A stretch of DNA of 32,000 nt from Methanopyrus kandleri AV19 (GCF_000007185.1 NC_003551.1:240001-272000), one strand, 5' to 3'; positions 17,391 to 25,404 are shown, counted from the stretch's first letter. The notes: generated from the sequence alone by a model not told the origin. Numbers and translations are program-made.

Positions 17391-17812
17391 AGCCTTTTCA
17401 ACCTCTCACGGAGTTCCAATGGTCCCAGCTCTAACAACGTCTGATGAAACTCAGTCATAACCTCAGCGAACTTCTCACCCTCCGAAGCTGAAATCCACTC
17501 GTATCTGAAACGCTCAGGTTCAATGCCTATTTCGGCTAAAAATTTCTTCAATAACTCGGCCCTTCTCCACCACTTGTAATTACCTGATTGGTAATGACAA
17601 TCTCCCAAGTGACATCCTCCTACGAACACTCCATCAGCACCTTCTCTAAACGCTTTTAAAACAAGAGATGGTTCTATTCGTCCCGAGCACATCACCCGAA
17701 TAATTCGAGTACTTGGAGGATATTGCATCCTACCAACGCCAGCGGTATCCGCTCCTCCGTACGAGCACCAATTGCAGCAGAAAGCTATGATTTTAGGTTT
17801 CCACTCTCCCAT
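17387..17812 (-). CDS. mvhD: F420-non-reducing hydrogenase iron-sulfur subunit D (all-Cys form)
   Basis: [42 protein letters not shown] is typical of MvhD. I place the start at ATG 17810..17812 (GGAGGG ribosome-binding site) rather than the TTG at 17866. Confidence 0.9.
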   Translation of the reverse strand: MGEWKPKIIAFCCNWCSYGGADTAGVGRMQYPPSTRIIRVMCSGRIEPSLVLKAFREGADGVFVGGCHLGDCHYQSGNYKWWRRAELLKKFLAEIGIEPERFRYEWISASEGEKFAEVMTEFHQTLLELGPLELRERLKRL

Positions 17813-17852
17813 AGACGCCCTCCGGAGCTCCTTTGTCCACATAAGAAAAAGC

Positions 17853-17861
17853 TTATTATTT
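17853..17861 (-). promoter_or_regulatory. TATA-like box (AAATAATAA on the minus strand) upstream of mvhD
   Basis: About 45 nt upstream of the preferred mvhD ATG. It lies inside the N-terminal extension of the longest ORF, which supports the shorter start. Confidence 0.35.
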
Positions 17862-18053
17862 GACAAATTTCAGCGCTATTCCCCGAACTTAAACCCCATA
17901 AGTTACCTCCTACCGATCAATTTGCGTGATCATAAGTGACATCGATCTCCATTGAAAGCGTTAGAGCAACTGTCCTCGTACGTGGCCGAAAACCGCGCCG
18001 GGAATCGGTGGGACTTTAAACTCGCAGGGATACGGGTGGGGAGGGGCCGTACC

Positions 18054-19379
18054 GTGACGTTCTTTCGACACATCCTGCTGGCGTCCTTGGCGTGTCTCAC
18101 GCTTCCCATCGCGGCAACATGTGTGAATGAAGAATTCGAATCGAAGGTCGAAAGTCTGATACAGAATCCCGACTTCCAGGGTACGAAGGAGATCACGCTG
18201 TACGCATCGGGTTCGTACGTGATGACGGGCCGTATCAAGGTGTCGTACAGAGGACCGGAGGAAGTTGAGCCCGTCGAGGTGGATAAGCTCATCAACGGGC
18301 TGAAGGAACTGCGTGAGGATCTAGATCCGTTGGCCGGTCAAAACGAACCCATCAAAGATCTGCTCGGCGCACTGAAAAAGTTCGACGACACCTCGGACGT
18401 TCTGGAGAAGTTGAAGGAGAAGACGCAGGGGTTGAAGCTCGCAGCGTGTGAGATCGATGTGGATCTATGGTATGTCGGGGAAACTGGTACCCCACCGTCG
18501 GACCTACCCCAGATCCTCCAACAACTGCGGACCGAGGGGGAACTTCATCTCAGCTACAAGATACCTTACCCGGAAGCACACGTATACGTCGTGGGGAGTG
18601 TGGAGCTCCTCGATCGGGCGCTGAACCTACCCATACGAGCGGTGTTCTCGTACGATTATCCCAACGACGGCTCCGGTGTGAAGGTTTCAGTGGATACCGA
18701 GCATCGCAAGTTCACGATAGAAACGACCGATAATATCTACAACCTGATAGTGGTCGAGCTCACGCTCCACGGTGGACTCCAAGAGGTCGAGAAACTGGCG
18801 GACCTCAGCGTCGAGTCCTCGGAGGACCTACAGAAGCTGCTCGAGAATACCGAGGTGAAGGTGGAATGCTACCCACGAGGAGGTCGGACCGCCGAGATCA
18901 ACGGATTACCCCTGATGGTCGATGAAGGGGCCGCGATAGTGGTCTACGCGGTCGGGAGCAACCCCATCAACTCCATCGTCGCGTCTAAGATCGCGGAGCT
19001 CATGGGCAAGAACCCGCTGGTGGTGACTCTAGGAAACGCCGACCTCCAGGTGGGAACCGACGGCAAGACGTTGGTCATCAAGGGATCCGCACCGGGTGGT
19101 CTGGTGGTGATCTACGGGCCGGCCGGACCGGATAACACGCTGGACGTCACCTCTCGAGTAGGCACGTTGCAGGTCGCCAGAGCCCTCGGAGCCCAGGTAC
19201 CGCCGTTAGTTTCTCTGTTCGGATGGATACTGGGACCGCTACTGGGGTCGATCACGACCACTTACACACCCGCGTTCAGCGGCGAGCTACGGATGTCACC
19301 CCGCGGTATCGGGATGGCTACACCCGCGGTGATCGCCGCCCTACTCCTCGGCGTCCACGGACGCCGCCGTTCTAAGTAG
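18054..19379 (+). CDS. Hypothetical cell-surface protein (N-terminal signal peptide, C-terminal TM anchor with basic tail)
   Basis: ORF 17952..19379. Preferred GTG start at 18054 after GGGGAGGGG. Signal-like FFRHILLASLACLTLPIAATC. The C-terminus PAVIAALLLGVHGRRRSK resembles an archaeal C-terminal anchor. Confidence 0.6.
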   Translation: MTFFRHILLASLACLTLPIAATCVNEEFESKVESLIQNPDFQGTKEITLYASGSYVMTGRIKVSYRGPEEVEPVEVDKLINGLKELREDLDPLAGQNEPIKDLLGALKKFDDTSDVLEKLKEKTQGLKLAACEIDVDLWYVGETGTPPSDLPQILQQLRTEGELHLSYKIPYPEAHVYVVGSVELLDRALNLPIRAVFSYDYPNDGSGVKVSVDTEHRKFTIETTDNIYNLIVVELTLHGGLQEVEKLADLSVESSEDLQKLLENTEVKVECYPRGGRTAEINGLPLMVDEGAAIVVYAVGSNPINSIVASKIAELMGKNPLVVTLGNADLQVGTDGKTLVIKGSAPGGLVVIYGPAGPDNTLDVTSRVGTLQVARALGAQVPPLVSLFGWILGPLLGSITTTYTPAFSGELRMSPRGIGMATPAVIAALLLGVHGRRRSK

Positions 19380-19781
19380 TTCCTTGTAGCCGTCGCGCTC
19401 CGGGAACTCCTCGAGCTCCTCGGCTTCTTCCTCCAATTCCTTCAACACCCCTCTCACTTTTTTCCGATCCCTGGAAGCCACGACGAGCACGAACTCATCA
19501 CCCGGTTCCGCCCGATCGATCGCCTCGCGGATTTGACGGGTCCCCGTCAACCTCACCAGGAACTCCAAGTCCAGGGACCGTGCCAGGTTGCGGTCGCTCT
19601 CGAACGCTCGAATGGCGCGACAGGCGGCCGAAGCGATCACGCGGTAATCGGCGTACTCGGTGGAAATCGCCTGGATGATAACCCCCGTCGAAGAGCGCTC
19701 GATTATCCTACGAGGATCACCCCTACGGATCGAACAGTGCAGGTACAGCGGACCGGACCAGTGGTCGAACTTCAGGATCAC
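19341..19781 (-). CDS. cgi121: KEOPS complex subunit Cgi121
   Basis: 146 aa. ARSLDLEFLVRLTGTRQIREAIDRAEPGDEFVLVV matches the conserved Cgi121 core, as I recall it from the M. jannaschii protein (..EILVRASGQRQIHEAI..). Confidence 0.75.
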   Translation of the reverse strand: MILKFDHWSGPLYLHCSIRRGDPRRIIERSSTGVIIQAISTEYADYRVIASAACRAIRAFESDRNLARSLDLEFLVRLTGTRQIREAIDRAEPGDEFVLVVASRDRKKVRGVLKELEEEAEELEEFPERDGYKELLRTAASVDAEE

Positions 19782-20021
19782 GCGACCTCCCCCGCGCCGG
19801 AAAACCTCATTACGCCGATATCATTGTTAATGTTCGGCCCGGACCCAGCCGGCGGTCGGGAGGCGGTAGTAACCAGCGATGACCGGCCGACGCCAGCCGT
19901 CCGGGCCACATCGCCCGGGTGAGGTCCCCCGAATGGGGGCGACCGTGATCCCGGGCGGGTTTACCCCGCCCCAATCCGCCACGCAGGGTCGCAGCGGCCG
20001 AACGAACCGGGGGTCCGCCGC

Positions 20022-21596
20022 GTGGACCCGCGGGAACTGGCTGAGCGGTTGACCGAGCGCGACTTAAGGATCCTCATTCACTTAGCGGAAAGCGGGGAAG
20101 CAACACCCGAGGAACTCGCCGAGTCGCTGGACGTCGACCTGGGTCCCGTTATGAGATCACTCTACTGGCTCGAGGAGCGTGGGTTGATAGAGTCCGAGGA
20201 AGAAACGCACGAGGTGTACGAGTTAGGTGATGAAGGAAAGGAGTACGCCGAGGAAGGGCTGCCGGAGCTCCGCATCGTCGAGGTCTTAAGAAAGATAGGC
20301 GGTGAGGGACGACTGGAAGAGGTCCTAGATCGTGCCGGAGTGCCCCGGAAGCTGGCCGGACCCGTCCTAGGATGGCTGAGGAGGAAAGGACTGGCGGAGA
20401 TCAAGAGGGAGGACGGGGAGACGTCGCTCGTTCTCCTGGAGGAGGAGCCTGAGGACGTGGATCAATCCGTGCTCGAGGCGTTGGCCGCTGAGGGTTCCGC
20501 GTCCGTCGAGGAGCTTGCGAGAAAGCTAGAGATGGATGAAGAGGAAGTGGAGAAGGCCCTGAAGAGGTTGAGTGAGCGCGGTGACGTCCTGAGAGCGCGG
20601 GAGGAGACCGTCAAGAAAGTCAGGCTAACCGAACGCGGTGAGGAAGTCGCGGAGCACGCCCCAGAAGTGCTGGAACGTGACTGGATCACGGAGCTGAAAC
20701 CCGAGCATTTGAGGGAGGGAACTTGGAAGGAGAAGGAGTTCAAGCCATACGACGTGAAGGCACCCACGAGTCCTACCTTCCCCGGCAAGCGCCACCCACT
20801 GAAGGAGGTTATCAACGAGATACGTAGGATCTTCCTCGAGATGGGTTTCGTGGAGGTGTCCGGACCGCTGGTCGAGTCCAGCTTCTGGAACTTCGACGCC
20901 CTGTTCCAGCCGCAGGATCACGCCGCCAGGGAGATGCAGGACACCTTCTACCTGAAAGAACCCGCCGAGGCCGAATTGCCGGACGAGGAAGTCGTCGAGA
21001 AGGTCCGGGCCGTGCACGAGGATGGTGGCGACACGGGATCCAGGGGTTGGGGGTACGAGTGGGACGAGGGTGTGGCCCGAAAGACGGTCCTTCGTACTCA
21101 CACGACGGCGGTGTCGGTTCGGAAACTGTACGAGGTGGAGGGGCCTCCACTCAAAGCGTTCTCGATCGGCCGGGTGTACCGGCGCGAGACGGTCGACTAC
21201 AAGCACTTGCCGGAGTTCCATCAGTGTGAGGGAATAGTCCTGGCCAAGGACGTCTCGTTCCGGGACTTGCTCGGGATACTCGAGGAGTTCTACCGACGGA
21301 TGGGGTTCGAAGAGGTCAGGTTCAGGCCCGCCTACTTCCCCTATACGGTCCTCTCCGTCGAACCCGAGGTATACTTCGAGGAGAAAGGCGATTGGGTGGA
21401 GCTAGGCGGTGCGGGCATTTTCCGCCCTGAGGTGCTTCAACCCCTGGGGTTCGATCCCGACGTGGTGTGTTTAGCATGGGGCTTGGGCGTCGAACGACTG
21501 GCGATGCTGAAGTTGGGAATAGACGACATACGAGATCTGTACATGAGCGACCTCAAGACGCTCCTGGAGCTACCCACCGCCAGGGCACGGCGCTGA
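20022..21596 (+). CDS. pheS: Phenylalanine--tRNA ligase alpha subunit
   Basis: 524 aa. Archaeal-type N-terminal wHTH repeats. Class II core FQPQDHAAREMQDTFYL, LRTHTT, GRVYRRE, GAGIFRPEV. Confidence 0.95.
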   Translation: MDPRELAERLTERDLRILIHLAESGEATPEELAESLDVDLGPVMRSLYWLEERGLIESEEETHEVYELGDEGKEYAEEGLPELRIVEVLRKIGGEGRLEEVLDRAGVPRKLAGPVLGWLRRKGLAEIKREDGETSLVLLEEEPEDVDQSVLEALAAEGSASVEELARKLEMDEEEVEKALKRLSERGDVLRAREETVKKVRLTERGEEVAEHAPEVLERDWITELKPEHLREGTWKEKEFKPYDVKAPTSPTFPGKRHPLKEVINEIRRIFLEMGFVEVSGPLVESSFWNFDALFQPQDHAAREMQDTFYLKEPAEAELPDEEVVEKVRAVHEDGGDTGSRGWGYEWDEGVARKTVLRTHTTAVSVRKLYEVEGPPLKAFSIGRVYRRETVDYKHLPEFHQCEGIVLAKDVSFRDLLGILEEFYRRMGFEEVRFRPAYFPYTVLSVEPEVYFEEKGDWVELGGAGIFRPEVLQPLGFDPDVVCLAWGLGVERLAMLKLGIDDIRDLYMSDLKTLLELPTARARR

Positions 21597-22271
21597 TCAG
21601 CGGTCCAGGCGTCTCCACACGTCCCTCCAGCGATCCCCACACCTGTGCTTAACCTCGTACTTCAGCAGGTTAAGCAGCGTGGCCACGAATACCTCGTCGG
21701 TACCCCGGATCACGGACTCGGGCCTGAACCCGTTGTTCGCGAGGGTCGCTAACCACGGGATACCCGCCTCGGAGACGAACGCCTCCACCGACACCTCAAG
21801 CTCGGACGAGAAGGCGTCGATTACCGCCAAGACGGCCGCGTCAACGCACACTCGCCACGCGTCACCGTTCGCGGATGTCAGCGGGTACGAGAGTTCCGAA
21901 CCGCGTGACCACGTGAACACGTCCGCCAGAGCCGCCGAGAAAAGTCCCAGGACCCCTGCAGTCAGCGACAGAGGGTTCTCGTCGTCCCGTACGTCCATAG
22001 ACAGTAACATCAGCTCACGATGACCCACCCACACGGGAGCCCGTAGCTCATGAACCCTCAACTTTTTCCCCGTTAGCACGTCCAGGATCCACTTGGGAAC
22101 CTGCACTGCACCCTCCCGGATCCCTGAGAACACGCCGCCCAGACCCCCGGAGATGATGAGACCCCGGTACGCATCGTCGGATCTGTGAAGACCGGCACTC
22201 GGGCTGAGGCCCGTGCACACTTCCCACATCCTTATTACCATGTCTTCACGGGGGGCCGTAGTTGGAGTCAC
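21597..22271 (-). CDS. Hypothetical protein (no recognised family)
   Basis: 224-aa ORF with normal composition. The start could be the internal MVIRMWEV (22241). No recognisable motifs. Confidence 0.45.
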   Translation of the reverse strand: MTPTTAPREDMVIRMWEVCTGLSPSAGLHRSDDAYRGLIISGGLGGVFSGIREGAVQVPKWILDVLTGKKLRVHELRAPVWVGHRELMLLSMDVRDDENPLSLTAGVLGLFSAALADVFTWSRGSELSYPLTSANGDAWRVCVDAAVLAVIDAFSSELEVSVEAFVSEAGIPWLATLANNGFRPESVIRGTDEVFVATLLNLLKYEVKHRCGDRWRDVWRRLDR

Positions 22272-22552
22272 CGGTGAAAGAGCATCGGGAAGGAACGCTG
22301 ATCCGAGTGCGGGTGAACCCGGACGCGGATACCACCGATCTGAAGGGGGTCGATGAGTGGCGTGGAGTCCTAGAAGTCGACGTGGCCGCGCCGCCGGTCA
22401 AGGGCAAAGCGAACCGCGAGCTGCTCGAGTTCCTCGGAAGGAAGCTCAACACGACCTGCGAATTGGTCTCGGGGGAGAAGTCCAGGGAGAAGTTAGTGCT
22501 CGCACGAGATGTCTCCGTCGATGAGGTGAAGGAACGGCTGGGATTGCGTTAA
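22262..22552 (+). CDS. DUF167 / YggU (UPF0235) family protein
   Basis: 96 aa. LIRVRVNPDA..LEVDVAAPPVKGKANRELLEFLGRKL..VSGEKSREKLV is the classic YggU pattern. Alternative GTG start at 22274. Confidence 0.85.
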   Translation: MESPVKEHREGTLIRVRVNPDADTTDLKGVDEWRGVLEVDVAAPPVKGKANRELLEFLGRKLNTTCELVSGEKSREKLVLARDVSVDEVKERLGLR

Positions 22553-22559
22553 GCGTCAC

Positions 22560-22861
22560 GAGAAGTAGTCGAGCGTACGCAAGGCGGCGACCGCGCGGAA
22601 ATCTCCGAGACGGGTAACGACGCTCGGTGTGGGCCCGGGTTGAAGCGACGGGCTCATCGGCGGCGGAACCGCCGACCCTCTTACTAGTGTCCCGTCGCCG
22701 TCCCCCCGGGCCCTTCATCGGCTGTACCCGGCGGTAGCCGACCCGGCGGGTCATCCCCGGGATGGGACCGCGTCACCCGCGGGCGGGGAGGCCGGGCTTC
22801 GGTCCGGTGGGTCATCCCTTGCACACGGAGCCTCTTAGTCCGAAGCTCCACCGGAACTCGC
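22560..22861. ncRNA. Candidate structured non-coding RNA (family and strand unassigned)
   Basis: About 300 nt with no credible ORF. Nested helices: GGGCCCGGG 22631..22639 with CCCGGGCCC 22705..22713; GCGACGGG 22645..22652 with CCCGTCGC 22691..22698. Hairpin TCGGCGG/CCGCCGA at 22657..22675. C(UUCG)G hairpin at 22792..22807 on the plus strand. Four GATGA motifs on the minus strand. Confidence 0.3.
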
Positions 22862-22923
22862 CGAATTTTAACCATACCGCCTGAAACAGTCGTAGTCCCA
22901 TCCGAAATCGTAACGTTTTTCTG

Positions 22924-22933
22924 AAATTAAATA
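22924..22933. promoter_or_regulatory. AT-rich TATA-like element (AAATTAAATA) within the AT-rich core 22862..22935
   Basis: The only AT-rich stretch in a GC-rich 580-nt gene-poor interval, with a second box AATTTTAA at 22864..22871. Could drive transcription in either direction. Confidence 0.3.
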
Positions 22934-22978
22934 CGCCCGTGGAAGGGGGCGAACTCGCCGGTCATCGCCGCCCATCTG

Positions 22979-23827
22979 GTGATTACGCGCCGGTCGGAGT
23001 CCCCCGAGGTGAAACCTCCGCCCGAGGAGGCGTGGATAGGCAGGCCGGTGAGGCCCGCTCAGGGCTTCCACACACGGGTCTCGATGATCGCGGGCGTAAT
23101 GCTGGGAGGACCCGCCGACGTTGAGTTCCCGAGGATGGCCCACCCGCTCGAGCTACCCCATTACCTCGAAATAGACGGCGACACTTGGCGTCGACTGAGG
23201 TGTCGGTTGGAGTCACTGGAGGACAGGAGTCCGGATTTAGGAGACGCCGTCCGGGAATACATCAGGGAAGCGTTCAGGTGTATAACAAAGCCCGACTTCG
23301 CGACGGCCCTTAAAGCGTGCACTCCCGTCATCGCCCTTGACACTCCGCTGTGGCGCGACGCACGAAGTGTGGTTCGCGCGATCGCGAGGCTACTGACGAG
23401 AGTCACGGGAGTCGAGGTACAGCCCCCTCCGGACATCGCGGTAGAACTTCGAGCGACGCTGTACCCGATCGCCGAGCGGGCGCTGGTATCCACACTACTC
23501 GCGCAGGCAGTAGCGCATCGTATTCGATCGTTGGGGTTACGGTCGGAATACCTGAGCGCGTACTTGGACGCGCCCTCCGGTGAGTCCCCACCCCGTGAAC
23601 TCGGGGACGTCTCCGACCTGTACGCGACGCTAGTGAAGGACTTCGATGGGTACCTCGCGCGAGTACTGCGCTTGAACCGGTACGTCACGGTAACGGCCGG
23701 CCGTAGATTCGTGCTCACACCGGACGATTACGACCCGACGTGGAGGGGTTACCTTCAAGGTCTGCGTAGGTTCTGGGAGAACAGACGTGGGATGGAGGAG
23801 ATAATCAGGCAGTGGGGCTTGGCCTGA
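22979..23827 (+). CDS. Hypothetical alpha-helical protein (no recognised family)
   Basis: 282-aa longest ORF. A shorter version from ATG 23135 (MAHPLELPHYLEIDG.., GAGG just upstream) is equally plausible. Confidence 0.5.
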   Translation: MITRRSESPEVKPPPEEAWIGRPVRPAQGFHTRVSMIAGVMLGGPADVEFPRMAHPLELPHYLEIDGDTWRRLRCRLESLEDRSPDLGDAVREYIREAFRCITKPDFATALKACTPVIALDTPLWRDARSVVRAIARLLTRVTGVEVQPPPDIAVELRATLYPIAERALVSTLLAQAVAHRIRSLGLRSEYLSAYLDAPSGESPPRELGDVSDLYATLVKDFDGYLARVLRLNRYVTVTAGRRFVLTPDDYDPTWRGYLQGLRRFWENRRGMEEIIRQWGLA

Positions 23828-25357
23828 TCAGCTACGCTTGCGGGCCATCAGCGAGTTGATACCGTCGATGAACGCCTCCAAGCTCGCCACGACGATGTCT
23901 TCCCGTGAGGAGCCGGAATGCACTATATCACCGGTCTCCGGATCGCGCAGCTTGACATCCACGTGGGTGATAGCGTCGGTACCGCCTGTCAGCGCCTCAG
24001 CCCGATACTCGACGAGCTCGAAGTCGATCCCTTGATCCTTGAGGGCCCGCTCCAACGCCTTGATAGTAGCGTCCACGGGTCCCACGCCGGTAGACGCGGC
24101 CTCCTTCCTGGTCCCGTCGATCTTCACGACGATCGAGGCCGTCGGTATAGTCCTCTTCCCGGTGACCGTCGTGAAATCCTCGACCTCGATGTCACGCTCA
24201 GCCGGTCTCCCCAGTACGTCCTCGGCGATCGCGCGGAGATCGGCCTCGGTGATCCGCTTCCCACGGTCCCCCAACCGCTTGAGGCGTCGGAGGATCTCCA
24301 GGAGCTGCTCGTCGTCGACGTCGACACCCATTTGTTTCAACTTCTTACGGATCACGCTTGTTCCTACGTGTTTACCTAGGACGAACCGGCGTTCATGCCC
24401 GACTTTCTCGGGCGGAATGGGCTCGTAAGTACTCTCGTCCTTTAGGATGCCGTCGGCGTGGATCCCCGACTCGTGGGTGAAAGCGTTCTCACCTACCACG
24501 GCCTTGTTCGGTGGTACCCTAACGCCGGTCAGCCTCTCCACGAGCTTGGAGAGCTCCGTCAGCCGCTCGGTCCGGATGCCGGTGTCCACGCCGTACAGCT
24601 CCTCCAGCACTACCACCACCTCCTCCAACGCCGCGTTGCCGGCGCGCTCGCCGATCCCGTTCACGGTCACGTGGACCTGACGCGCCCCCGCCCTGACGGC
24701 GGCGACGGTGTTGGCCGTCGCCATACCGAAGTCATCGTGACAGTGCACGCTGAGGATGACGTCCTCACCGACGCGCTCCCGGAGCTTCTTCACCGCCAGG
24801 AACATACCCTCCGGCGCCATCACTCCGACGGTGTCGTTGTAACCGAGACGTTCGGCGCCCGCCTCCAGGCAGGCGTCGAACACCTCGTACAGGTACTCGA
24901 GCTCCGTCCTGGTACCGTCTTCGGTGGAAATCTCCACCGTCAACCCGTGATCGCGCGCGTACTCTACGACCTCGCGAGCGCGCTCCAGGACCTCTTCACG
25001 ATCCATCCGAAGCTTCTTCTTCACGTGGACCTCGGAAGTAGGTACGACGATGTGAACCGCGTCGGCCTCGGCTTCGACCGCCGCGTCCACGTCACCCTTC
25101 ACCATACGCGCCATACTGCACACTTCGGCGTCGAGCTCCTCCCGGGCGATGCGCCGAATCGCCTTGAGTTCTCCCTCACTCGCGGCCGCGAAGCCGGCTT
25201 CGATCGTATCCACGCCGATCTCGTCGAGCTTTCGGGCGATCCGCAGCTTTTCCTCGGGGGTCAGAGCGACTCCCGGGGTCTGCTCCCCGTCCCTCAGAGT
25301 GGTGTCGAATATCCTCACCTCGTCCGGCGGGTCCGCGTCCGCGTTGGCCTCTCTCAA
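23828..25357 (-). CDS. leuA: 2-isopropylmalate synthase / (R)-citramalate synthase family enzyme
   Basis: 509 aa. IFDTTLRDGEQTPGV, HCHDDFGMATANT, VNGIGERAGNAALEE plus the C-terminal LeuA-dimer regulatory domain. LeuA and CimA cannot be told apart by eye. Confidence 0.9.
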   Translation of the reverse strand: MREANADADPPDEVRIFDTTLRDGEQTPGVALTPEEKLRIARKLDEIGVDTIEAGFAAASEGELKAIRRIAREELDAEVCSMARMVKGDVDAAVEAEADAVHIVVPTSEVHVKKKLRMDREEVLERAREVVEYARDHGLTVEISTEDGTRTELEYLYEVFDACLEAGAERLGYNDTVGVMAPEGMFLAVKKLRERVGEDVILSVHCHDDFGMATANTVAAVRAGARQVHVTVNGIGERAGNAALEEVVVVLEELYGVDTGIRTERLTELSKLVERLTGVRVPPNKAVVGENAFTHESGIHADGILKDESTYEPIPPEKVGHERRFVLGKHVGTSVIRKKLKQMGVDVDDEQLLEILRRLKRLGDRGKRITEADLRAIAEDVLGRPAERDIEVEDFTTVTGKRTIPTASIVVKIDGTRKEAASTGVGPVDATIKALERALKDQGIDFELVEYRAEALTGGTDAITHVDVKLRDPETGDIVHSGSSREDIVVASLEAFIDGINSLMARKRS

Positions 25358-25404
25358 CAGCTCCCTAACGGCGGATAAAGCGATCCCCCACGTCAGGCAC
25401 GCCC

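Noticed and set aside
19782-20021. tRNA gene in the cgi121-pheS spacer
   Set aside because: There is no T-loop (GTTCRAATC-like) and no cloverleaf-compatible arrangement. The CCCCC-GAAT-GGGGG hairpin has a 4-nt loop.
22553-22861. SRP (7S) RNA assignment for the structured region
   Set aside because: Neither strand contains the helix-8 signature (GGAA-closed hairpin flanked by ..AGCA..). There is no AGCA or TGCT anywhere in the interval.
22553-22861. RNase P RNA or C/D-box sRNA cluster assignment
   Set aside because: For RNase P, only a weak CR-I-like GGAAAUCUCC is present. There is no ACAGAA/CUUA CR-IV/V pair, and the candidate P4 partner is better explained by a local hairpin. For C/D sRNAs, GATGA motifs exist but no CTGA D boxes occur on the same strand. 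The region is kept only as an unassigned RNA candidate.
22939-23124. 61-aa ORF starting right after the TATA-like box
   Set aside because: The start lies too close to the putative TATA box to be transcribed from it. The composition is Arg/Gly-rich, and it overlaps the longer ORF frame region of uncertain status.
24458-25378. 306-aa plus-strand ORF antisense to leuA/cimA
   Set aside because: It is a shadow ORF. The minus-strand frame has the complete isopropylmalate/citramalate synthase motif set.
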